A stretch of DNA of 64,000 nucleotides from Gemmatimonadota bacterium (GCA_016704275.1 JADJAK010000005.1:235473-299472); one strand, 5' to 3'. Counted from the first letter of the stretch, positions 9,248 through 17,883 are shown. Program-made: numbers and translations. The notes: generated by a model not told the origin, from the sequence alone.

Positions 9248-10276
9248 ATGTACTCCACTTGCCTCTTCTGCACCAAGGACCTCGGCACCAACGAGGTCGT
9301 CGAGACGCTGCCCATCGGGCGGCGGCTCGCCTTTGATGCGGCCCAGGGCAGGCTCTGGGTGGTGTGCCGGCACTGCGCCAAGTGGAACCTGGTGCCCTTT
9401 GAGTCGCGGCTCGAGAGCATCGACGGGTGCGAGCGGCTCTTCCGCGACACGCCGACACGCTACTCGACCGACAACATCGGGCTGGCGCGGGTGAAGGAGG
9501 GTTTGGAGCTCGTCCGGATCGGACCGGCGATGCGGCCCGAGTTCGCGGGGTGGCGGTACGGCGAGGCGATGCGACTCCGCCGCCGGCGGAACTTCCTGCT
9601 TGCTGCCGGAGCGGTGGGTATCGCCGCAGGAGGCTACGTGGCGCTCGGAGCCTTCAGTGGCGTGGGACTACTGGCGGGTACTGGAATCGCCCAGATCATG
9701 GTCGGCGGCGTGCTCCGACAGCGCATGCGTGTGATCGTAGCGGACCCGTCGTCTGGCCGTCGCCGATCAATCGCCTCAGAGTCTCTTGCGACAACGAAGC
9801 TAGTGATGCGCGAGGACGGACCCCTCCTTCGTGCCACATCCCTGTATGGGGTGAAACAGACCGCCCTGGAATGGCGTGGCGATGAAGTGTCACGGGTGGG
9901 ACGGCGGATCATGGCCGGCATCAATGCGCTGAGCGGCGGCCCGCGGTCCCTCACTGGGGCCGCCGAACTGCTTGGTGCCCACCGTGGTGATCTCTCCTCC
10001 TGGCTCGATCCTGCTCGGCGGCGGGAGATGCGCTGGGAAATCAGCAGTGAAGGGAAGGCGCCACTCGCCCGCTCGGGCGGCATGCACTGGTATGGTTATG
10101 GGGATCCAATGTTGCACGTCGCCACCCTGCCTGCGGAACACCGGCTGGCCTTCGAGATGTACTTCGCCGAGTCCGCTGAGCGCACCTACCTGGAAGGGGA
10201 GCTGAATCTCCTCGAGCGCGAGTGGCGTCAGGCGGAGCAACTCGCGAAGATCGCCGATGGGCTAGCGCTGGAGTAG
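9248..10276 (+). CDS. Paralogue 1 of an uncharacterised zinc-ribbon / putative TM-hairpin / conserved C-terminal helix protein family (intact)
   Basis: 342-aa ORF. MYSTCLFC-x31-CRHC zinc-ribbon signature. Conserved WNLVPFESRLESIDxCERLFRDT..YSTDNIGLARV..LELVRIG..RPEFAGWRYG, then RRRRN followed by about 40 Gly/Ala-rich hydrophobic residues. C-terminal ..ERTYLEGELNLLEREWRQAEQLAKIADGLALE*. Confidence 0.8.
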   Translation: MYSTCLFCTKDLGTNEVVETLPIGRRLAFDAAQGRLWVVCRHCAKWNLVPFESRLESIDGCERLFRDTPTRYSTDNIGLARVKEGLELVRIGPAMRPEFAGWRYGEAMRLRRRRNFLLAAGAVGIAAGGYVALGAFSGVGLLAGTGIAQIMVGGVLRQRMRVIVADPSSGRRRSIASESLATTKLVMREDGPLLRATSLYGVKQTALEWRGDEVSRVGRRIMAGINALSGGPRSLTGAAELLGAHRGDLSSWLDPARRREMRWEISSEGKAPLARSGGMHWYGYGDPMLHVATLPAEHRLAFEMYFAESAERTYLEGELNLLEREWRQAEQLAKIADGLALE

Positions 10277-10304
10277 GCGAGAAGCGAGAAGCGAGAAGCG
10301 ATAA
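10277..10304. repeat. Heptamer tandem repeat (GCGAGAA)x3 + GCGATAA immediately after the paralogue-1 stop
   Basis: gagTAG gcgagaa gcgagaa gcgagaa gcgataa. Confidence 0.85.
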
Positions 10305-10384
10305 GGGGTAAGTGCATTCGCGAGCACGCAGGTCCTTCGACTGCGCAGCCCTGCGGGCTGCTTCGCTCAGGATGACATAACTCC

Positions 10385-10454
10385 TACGACCCACGACTTA
10401 CGACCTACGACCTACGACGTACGACCCTAACAACCAACGACCAACGGCTCAACG
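10385..10454. repeat. Heptamer tandem repeat (TACGACC-like) with about 6 good and about 4 degenerate units, ending just upstream of the paralogue-2 start
   Basis: tacgacc cacgact tacgacc tacgacc tacgacg tacgacc ctaacaa ccaacga ccaacgg ctcaacg .. GTG at 10462. Confidence 0.85.
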
Positions 10455-10461
10455 ACTCCCA

Positions 10462-11568
10462 GTGTACTCCACCTGCCTCTTCTGCACCAAGGACCTCGGC
10501 ACCAACGAGGTGATCGAGACGCTGCCCATCGGGCGGCGGCTCGCCTTTGATGCGGCCCAGGGGCGGCTCTGGGTGGTGTGCCGGCACTGCGCCAAGTGGA
10601 ACCTGGTGCCGTTCGAGAGCGGCTCGAGAGCATCGACGCCTGCGAGCGGCTCTTCCGCGACACGCCGACACGCTACTCGACGGACAACATCGGGCTCGCG
10701 CGTGCGAAGGATGGGCTTGAGTTGGTGCGGATCGGCCAAGCGCAGCGGCCGGAATTTGCGGGGTGGCGGTACGGGGAGCAGTACCGGCGGAGGCGACGGA
10801 ACGCCTTTCTGCTCGGGGCCGCGGGGGTGGCGGCCGGCATGGGGGCGATCGCGGCGTTGAGCGCCTTCGGCTTTGCGGCGGCCAGCGGTGGCTATCTCAG
10901 CTATCAGCTCGTGAAGGCAGGCTGGGATGCCGGGCTGAATCGCCAGGCCAGATTCCTGCTCCCCGATCCCGATCCCGCCGCGCGCGAGACGGTGCGACTC
11001 GATCGCAGTCACCTGAAGCACGCCACGATTTCCTGGGAAGACGGCACGCCGTCGCTCGACCTGCCGCATCCGAAGCACCTGAAGAAGGGGGACTTCGTCC
11101 TCTCATACCGGGGCGCTGACTTGCAGTCGGTGGGGCGTCGGGCTGTCGCCGGCCTCAACCTGCTGGTTGGCGGACGGTCCCAGCTGCAGGAAGGGAGTCG
11201 GATCCTCGCGGAGAATCACGGGGACCTCTCGGCGTGGCTGCGCCGGCGTACCTACTCACTCACGGACGTCCCTGGCTTCCGGCGCCCCGAAGCATTGGTC
11301 GAACTACACCGCCCCATACCTCGTGCTCGACAAGCTCAACGCTGGCGACCGCATGGCCCTCGAACTCTGGATGAACGAGGACATCGAGCGCCAGTGGCTC
11401 GAAGGGGAGCTTACTCTTCTGGAGCGCGAATGGCGGCAGGCGGAGGAGCTGGCGAAGATCAGCGATGCGCTGGCGGTGCCGGAGTCGGTGGACACTGATC
11501 TCGCCAGGCGCCAAGCAGCCCATCGATCATCGATGATCGATGATCGATCATCGACCACCGGGGAGTAG
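10462..11568 (+). pseudogene. Paralogue 2 of the zinc-ribbon family, disrupted by two frameshifts (about 10620 and about 11300)
   Basis: Three overlapping ORF pieces. 10462-10860 (frame 1) carries the N-terminal zinc ribbon. 10578-11498 (frame 3) carries RLESIDACERLFRDT..RPEFAGWRYG plus the TM region and centre. 11167-11568 (frame 1) carries the C-terminal ..MALELWMNEDIERQWLEGELTLLEREWRQAEELAKISDALAVPESVD.. Relative to paralogue 1 (gag tcg cgg ctc gag agc), this copy reads gag agc -gg ctc gag agc, which is a 1-nt loss. Confidence 0.75.
11521..11555. repeat. Heptamer tract (SATCGAT)x5 inside the 3' tail of paralogue 2 and upstream of paralogue 3
   Basis: catcgat catcgat gatcgat gatcgat catcgac. 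Built from palindromic ATCGAT cores, so it is self-complementary. Confidence 0.85.
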
Positions 11569-11573
11569 CTCCC

Positions 11574-12593
11574 ATCTATTCCACCTGCCTCTTCTGCACC
11601 AAGGACCTCGGCACCAACGACGTCCTCGAGACCCTGCCGATCGGCCGGCGCATTGCGTTTGATGCGGCGGAGGGGCGGTTGTGGGTCGTGTGCCGACATT
11701 GTGCCAAGTGGAACCTGGTCCCGTTCGACTCGCGGCTCGAGACCATCGACGATTGCGAGCGCCTCTTCCGCAGCACGACGATGCGCTACTCGACCGACAA
11801 CATCGGGCTGGCACGCGTCAAGGAGGGGTTGGAACTGGTGCGGATCGGCGAGGCGCAGCGGCCCGAGTTCGCGGGCTGGCGCTACGGCGACTCGTTCGGT
11901 CGGCGCCGGCGCCGCAACTTCCTGATCGCCGGCGGCGTCGCCGCAGCAGGGATCGCGGTGGTCTCGGGGGGAGTCGCGCTTGGCGTCTCCTTCGGCATGC
12001 TCGGCCAGCTCCCGAACTACTACAACCTCTTTGTGGTGAATCGCCGCGTCACGGTACGCGTGCCGCGCGCCGACGGCCCACCGATCGAGCTCTCCGACAT
12101 GCTCGCGTCGAAGGCGCGCCTCGTCCGCCGTCCAAACAACGAGTGGCTGATCCGCACCAAGGTGATGGAAGAGTCCAGCATGAGTCGCAAGCTCCGGAAG
12201 GCCGGATCGCAGGAGATTGAATTCACGGGCCCGGAAGCGGAACAGTTGCTCGCTGGTGTGCTGGTGCGCCTCAATCACTGGGGCGGCACCCAACGCACCA
12301 TCCGCGACGCCGTGGAGTTGGTGGAGCGACAGGGGGACAGCGCGGGCGTCATCGCCGGGCCCTTCTCGCCAGTCATGGACGGCAGCGGCTCACAGCTGCT
12401 CGCCAAGACCCCGTCCGAATGGCGCCTCGCCGCCGAGATCGCCCTCAACGAGAGCTCGGAGCGCCTCGCCCTCGCCGGCGAACTGCGTCTGCTCGAGTGG
12501 CAGTGGAAGGAGGCGGATCGGCTGGCCAAGATCAGCGACTCGCTGGCGGTGCCGGAGAGCGTGGATGAGGAGCTGGCCCGGCGGAAGGAATGA
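11574..12593 (+). CDS. Paralogue 3 of the zinc-ribbon family; homologous start position is ATC rather than ATG (first canonical in-frame start is TTG at 11679)
   Basis: In-frame translation from 11574 gives IYSTCLFCTKDLGTNDVLETLPIGRRIAFDAAEGRLWVVCRHC.., collinear with paralogues 1, 2 and 4. The frame is open only back to 11544 and has no ATG/GTG/TTG before 11679. C-terminus: ..ERLALAGELRLLEWQWKEADRLAKISDSLAVPESVDEELARRKE*. Confidence 0.65.
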   Translation: MYSTCLFCTKDLGTNDVLETLPIGRRIAFDAAEGRLWVVCRHCAKWNLVPFDSRLETIDDCERLFRSTTMRYSTDNIGLARVKEGLELVRIGEAQRPEFAGWRYGDSFGRRRRRNFLIAGGVAAAGIAVVSGGVALGVSFGMLGQLPNYYNLFVVNRRVTVRVPRADGPPIELSDMLASKARLVRRPNNEWLIRTKVMEESSMSRKLRKAGSQEIEFTGPEAEQLLAGVLVRLNHWGGTQRTIRDAVELVERQGDSAGVIAGPFSPVMDGSGSQLLAKTPSEWRLAAEIALNESSERLALAGELRLLEWQWKEADRLAKISDSLAVPESVDEELARRKE

Positions 12594-12625
12594 TCGATGA
12601 TCGATGATCGATGATCGATCATCGA
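12591..12625. repeat. Heptamer tandem repeat (TGATCGA)x4 + TCATCGA; the first unit supplies the paralogue-3 stop codon
   Basis: gga TGAtcga tgatcga tgatcga tgatcga tcatcga. Confidence 0.9.
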
Positions 12626-12693
12626 CTTCTGTCACCCAACTGTCATCTTCCCGCCATCCGCAGTCCCAATATTCGAAAATCCCCACCCAAGCC

Positions 12694-13731
12694 ATGTACT
12701 CCACCTGCCTCCTCTGTGCCGACTCGTTGGGGACGAACGCCGTCCTCGAGACGCTCCCCGTGGGGCGGCGCCTGGCGTTCGATCCCGCCAAGGGGCGCCT
12801 CTGGGTGGTCTGCCCCGGCTGTGCGCGGTGGAACCTTGTGCCCTTCGACAATCGGCTCGAGGCGATCGATGAGTGCGAGCGCTGCTTTCGCGACACCCGC
12901 GTTCGCTTCTCCACCGGGACGATCGGGATGGCGCGCATGCCCGACGGCACCGAACTGGTGCGGATCGGCGAGGCGCTCCGCCCCGAGTTCGCGGCGTGGC
13001 GGTACGGCCGCGAACTGCTCCGCCGCCGACGGCGTGCGCTCCCGTTCGGCACGCAGCGCGAGCACACCGGCGTGGCGGCGTGGATCTCCGATGTGGCCAC
13101 GATGGTCGGCACGCTGATCGCCATCCCCTTCCTCGAGGGAGCGATCGGCCCGCGCCACGCGGTGAGCGCCGTGCGTCTCGTGCGCGATCCGTGGACCGGC
13201 AACCTCCTGCGCGTCCGCGCGCTGGCGATGGTGCGCTCCGTCTTGACCCGCGAGGACGACCAGTGGCGGCTCGAAGTGCCCTACCGAAGCGAACTGGACG
13301 TCGTGCTCGGCGACGATCCCCTCGCCATCACGTCCATCCGAGATCACCCCGCCGTCGGCTTCTTCCGTGGCGACAAGCTCTACGAGGGGCTCGCGAGGGT
13401 GCTGCCGACAATCGAGAGTCGCCTGCCGTCGGCGGGTGAGGTGCAAGAGGCGACCCGACTGCTCGAGCGGACCTCCGACGATCCGGCGACGCTCATCGGC
13501 TATGTCACCGGACGGCCGTTGCGCCTCGGGACCAGGGGACAGTTTCCGGTGGCGGACGTGCCAGCGGAAATTCGGCTGGCCCTCGAAATGGCCTCGCACG
13601 AGGAGACCGAGCGGCGCGCGCTGGAAGGCGAGCTGAAGCTCCTCGAGCATGAGTGGCGCGAGGCGGAGCGGCTCGCCGCCATCCTCGATGACCTGGCGCT
13701 GCCGAGCGGAGGGCCCGATGTCGCCACGTGA
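12694..13731 (+). CDS. Paralogue 4 of the zinc-ribbon family (intact, most diverged)
   Basis: Internal ATG of ORF 12604-13731 (upstream residues are repeat-encoded). MYSTCLLC-x31-CPGCARWNLVPFDNRLEAIDECERCFRDT..RPEFAAWRYG..RRRRR. C-terminus: ..LALEMASHEETERRALEGELKLLEHEWREAERLAAILDDLALP.. Confidence 0.8.
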   Translation: MYSTCLLCADSLGTNAVLETLPVGRRLAFDPAKGRLWVVCPGCARWNLVPFDNRLEAIDECERCFRDTRVRFSTGTIGMARMPDGTELVRIGEALRPEFAAWRYGRELLRRRRRALPFGTQREHTGVAAWISDVATMVGTLIAIPFLEGAIGPRHAVSAVRLVRDPWTGNLLRVRALAMVRSVLTREDDQWRLEVPYRSELDVVLGDDPLAITSIRDHPAVGFFRGDKLYEGLARVLPTIESRLPSAGEVQEATRLLERTSDDPATLIGYVTGRPLRLGTRGQFPVADVPAEIRLALEMASHEETERRALEGELKLLEHEWREAERLAAILDDLALPSGGPDVAT

Positions 13732-14500
13732 CGTCTATCTCCTGACGGTGTCCGCCACGCCACTCATCGCCGCGCTCGTGGTGCTCTGCTGGGTGGCGTC
13801 GCTCGTGCGCCGAGACAGTTCGCTGGTGGACCGGGTGTGGGGGCTGGGCTTCGTGTTGCTGGTTCACCACCACACGGCGTTTGCCGGGGAAGTCGGTGGC
13901 ACCGTCGACCGACTCTTCGCGGCGCTGGTGGTGATCTGGGGGATCAGGCTGACGTGGCACATCACCCATCGCAACTGGGGGCACGGGGAGGACCCGCGCT
14001 ATGCCGCCATGCGCGCCCGGAACGGCGCCCGGTGGTGGTGGCAGAGCCTGTTCACCGTCTTCGTGCTGCAGGGGGCACTGATGCTCCTGATCGGCCTCCC
14101 GCTCGCGGCGACGGCGATGCCCGGGGCCGCGTGGGGACGGGCCCTCGGCACCCTGCTCTGGGCGGTGGGCTTCGCCTTCGAGGCTGGCGGTGACTGGCAG
14201 CTCGCTCGCTTCAAGGCCGACTCGGCCAACCGGGGCCAGGTGCTCGATACCGGCTTCTGGCGCTATACCCGCCACCCGAACTACTTCGGCGACGCCCTCC
14301 AGTGGTGGGGCTTCTGGTGCTTCGCGGCCTCAGCGGGGCTCTGGTGGACCATCATCTCCCCGATCCTCATGACGCTGCTGCTCCTGAAGGTCTCCGGGGT
14401 GACCCTGCTGGAATCGGCGCTCGTCGACGCCAAGCCCGGGTATCGGGAGTACATCCGCCGAACACCGGCGTTCTTCCCATGGTGGCCACGGGAGCGGTGA
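13718..14500 (+). CDS. DUF1295-family membrane protein (steroid 5-alpha-reductase / isoprenylcysteine carboxyl-methyltransferase-like fold)
   Basis: Polytopic. Characteristic ..GFWRYTRHPNYFGDALQWWGFW.. motif. The ATG at 13718 overlaps the end of paralogue 4 by 14 nt. Confidence 0.75.
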   Translation: MSPRDVYLLTVSATPLIAALVVLCWVASLVRRDSSLVDRVWGLGFVLLVHHHTAFAGEVGGTVDRLFAALVVIWGIRLTWHITHRNWGHGEDPRYAAMRARNGARWWWQSLFTVFVLQGALMLLIGLPLAATAMPGAAWGRALGTLLWAVGFAFEAGGDWQLARFKADSANRGQVLDTGFWRYTRHPNYFGDALQWWGFWCFAASAGLWWTIISPILMTLLLLKVSGVTLLESALVDAKPGYREYIRRTPAFFPWWPRER

Positions 14501-14543
14501 GGGCGAAGAATGCTGTTCCGTTTTACGTTTCACCCAGGAAGCC

Positions 14544-14646
14544 GTGACCAGTAACCCGTGACCTGTGACCCGTGCCCAGTCGGCGGGCCGCGCGTCCGGG
14601 TTACCGGTTACAGGTTACAGGTTACAGGTTACTGGTCACAGGTCAC
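14544..14646. repeat. Two inverted heptamer arrays, (GTRACCN)x5 and (NGGTYAC)x7, separated by about 19 nt; potential long imperfect hairpin/terminator between the DUF1295 gene and asnS
   Basis: gtgacca gtaaccc gtgacct gtgaccc gtgccca ..gtcggcgggccgcgcgtcc.. gggttac cggttac aggttac aggttac aggttac tggtcac aggtcac. Confidence 0.85.
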
Positions 14647-14676
14647 TGACGTCTCTCCCGTTCCCCGGTCCTCCGC

Positions 14677-15972
<1,296 letters not shown>

Positions 15973-15980
15973 GAACAAAA

Positions 15981-16019
15981 GGGATGATCGATCATCGATG
16001 ATCGATCATCGATCATCCC
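15981..16019. terminator. Near-palindromic heptamer tract GGGATGATCGATCATCGATGATCGATCATCGATCATCCC between convergent asnS and mazG (candidate bidirectional terminator)
   Basis: Self-complementary sequence flanked by GGG/CCC. It overlaps the mazG stop codon (16013-16015). No U-tract. Confidence 0.5.
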
Positions 16020-16771
16020 TCGTTTCGCTTCACCTCATCCCAAATCACATCCAGTTCCTCCAGCGTCGCGTCGCCGAGCACCACCTGCCGCTCGGCGGCG
16101 ATCGTCTCGATCGCTTCGAAGCGGCGGCGGAACTTGGCGTTGGCGCGGTCGAGGGCGATCCCCGGTTGGACGCCGGCCTTGCGGGCCAGATTGACGACCG
16201 CGAAGAGGAGATCGCCGATCTCGTCGGTCAGCGACGTCGGGTCGTCGGCACCGATCACCAACTCGGCCTCCACTTCGGCAAGCTCCTCGGCGACCTTCTG
16301 CAGCGGGCCGCGGGTGTCGGGCCAATCGAAGCCGACCCCGGCGGCGCGCTCCTGCAGCCGGTAGGCCATCAGCAGTTCGGGGAGCGTGGTCGGGAGGCCG
16401 CCGAGGGTGCCGCGGCTGGTCGGCCGCTCCCGGGCCTTGAGCGTTTCCCAGCGCTCCCGCTCCCCGAGGTCGAAGAGGTGGGGGTGGCGACGCTGCATCT
16501 TGGCGACCAGATCGTCGGCGATGTCGTCCGGGCTAAATTCCCCGGTCTCCGCGCCGAGCACGAGTTGCCAGGCGAGATGGAGCATCAGGTCGGCGACTTC
16601 CTCGCGGATGGCGGCGGGCTGGTCGCTGCTGAGGGCGGCCGCGAGTTCGTGCGCTTCCTCGATCAGGTAGGGGCGCAGCGTCTGCCGGGTCTGGACCCGG
16701 TCCCAGGGACACCGCTCGCGCAGGTCCGCCACCATCGCCACCGCCCTGCCGAGGGCCGATTCGTCTTGCAT
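16013..16771 (-). CDS. mazG: Nucleoside triphosphate pyrophosphohydrolase MazG
   Basis: ..LRERCPWDRVQTRQTLRPYLIEEAHELAAAL.. and a second EExGDLLF-type repeat (EIGDLLFAVVNLARKAG). The only convincing minus-strand gene in the window. Confidence 0.85.
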   Translation of the reverse strand: MQDESALGRAVAMVADLRERCPWDRVQTRQTLRPYLIEEAHELAAALSSDQPAAIREEVADLMLHLAWQLVLGAETGEFSPDDIADDLVAKMQRRHPHLFDLGERERWETLKARERPTSRGTLGGLPTTLPELLMAYRLQERAAGVGFDWPDTRGPLQKVAEELAEVEAELVIGADDPTSLTDEIGDLLFAVVNLARKAGVQPGIALDRANAKFRRRFEAIETIAAERQVVLGDATLEELDVIWDEVKRNEG

Positions 16772-16797
16772 CCGTTCTCCGGGAGTCCTAGTCTCCG

Positions 16798-17883
16798 ATG
16801 GTGCATAATCCCGTGACCCCCGATACCGCCCGGGCCTGGGTGGACGTCGATCTCGATGCCGTGGTCCGGAACGCCCGCTCGTTTGCGGCGCGCACCGGCG
16901 TCCCGATGCTGCCGATGGTCAAGGCCGATGGCTACGGCCTCGGCGCCGTGGCCGTGGCCCGTGCCCTCGCCGAGGTGGAGCCCTGGGGCTACGGCGTGGC
17001 GACCATCGACGAGGCGCGCGAACTCCATGTCAACGGGGTTCTCCGGCCGATCCTGATCTGCTCGCCGATGCTACCTGACCTGGCCGAGGCGACTGCCTCG
17101 GTGGCCGCGCGTCCGACGATCGGCAACCTCGAGGGGCTCCGCGCCTGGCTCGCGCTCGGCGATCGTCCCTTTCATCTCGAGGTCGATACCGGAATGTCGC
17201 GGTCCGGCCTGCGGTGGGACGATGTCACGCAGCTCATGGAAGCGCGTAATCTGCTTGCCTCAGCTGCTGGATGGGAGGGAGTCTATACCCACTTCCACTC
17301 GGCCGAGCGGGATGACCTGGCGACCGCCGACCAGTGGCGCCGCTTGCAGCAGGCGATCACCACCCTCGGCCGCCGCCCGCCGCTGGTGCATGCCGCCAAC
17401 TCGGCCGCCGGGGGTGCCGGTCCGTCCTACGCCGCCGATCTGACCCGGCCAGGCATCCATCTCTATGGCGGGCGCCTCTCCGGGCTCGATGCCGTGCCGG
17501 TTGCGGCGGTCCGCGCCCGCGTTGTCGGTGTTCGGCGATTGCCCGCTGGCGGCACCGTCTCCTACGAGGCGACCTGGCGCGCCGCCAATCCGACGACGGT
17601 CGCGACGATCGCCATCGGGTACGCGGACGGGATGCATCGCCGCCTCTCGAACGGCGGCGCGGTGGAGTTGTTGGGACAACGGCTTCGGATCGTCGGGCGA
17701 GTCACGATGGATCACCTGATGGTCGATGCCGGCGACTTGCCAGTGTCGCTGGGGGATGTGGCGACCCTCTTTGGCGGTCTGGTCTCGCTCGACGAGCAAG
17801 CCGCCCTGGGTGGAACGATCGCGTACGAACTACTCACCGGGCTCGGGGCACGCCTCCCGCGCCGCTACCACAGGTCGTCATGA
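16798..17883 (+). CDS. alr: Alanine racemase
   Basis: PLP-lysine motif MVKADGYGLGAV. C-terminal beta-domain ..VSYEATW..IGYADG.. About 360 aa. Confidence 0.85.
   Translation: MVHNPVTPDTARAWVDVDLDAVVRNARSFAARTGVPMLPMVKADGYGLGAVAVARALAEVEPWGYGVATIDEARELHVNGVLRPILICSPMLPDLAEATASVAARPTIGNLEGLRAWLALGDRPFHLEVDTGMSRSGLRWDDVTQLMEARNLLASAAGWEGVYTHFHSAERDDLATADQWRRLQQAITTLGRRPPLVHAANSAAGGAGPSYAADLTRPGIHLYGGRLSGLDAVPVAAVRARVVGVRRLPAGGTVSYEATWRAANPTTVATIAIGYADGMHRRLSNGGAVELLGQRLRIVGRVTMDHLMVDAGDLPVSLGDVATLFGGLVSLDEQAALGGTIAYELLTGLGARLPRRYHRSS

Noticed and set aside
9180-11814. Three similar antisense ORFs (9180-9458, 10405-10671, 11548-11814; MSACRGRAAR.RRCSRAA..) that look like a conserved small-protein family.
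   Set aside because: They are the reverse-strand shadow of the highly conserved 5' ends of the zinc-ribbon paralogues. Their similarity simply mirrors sense-strand conservation, and the composition (Arg/Trp/Cys/Pro) is non-coding-like.
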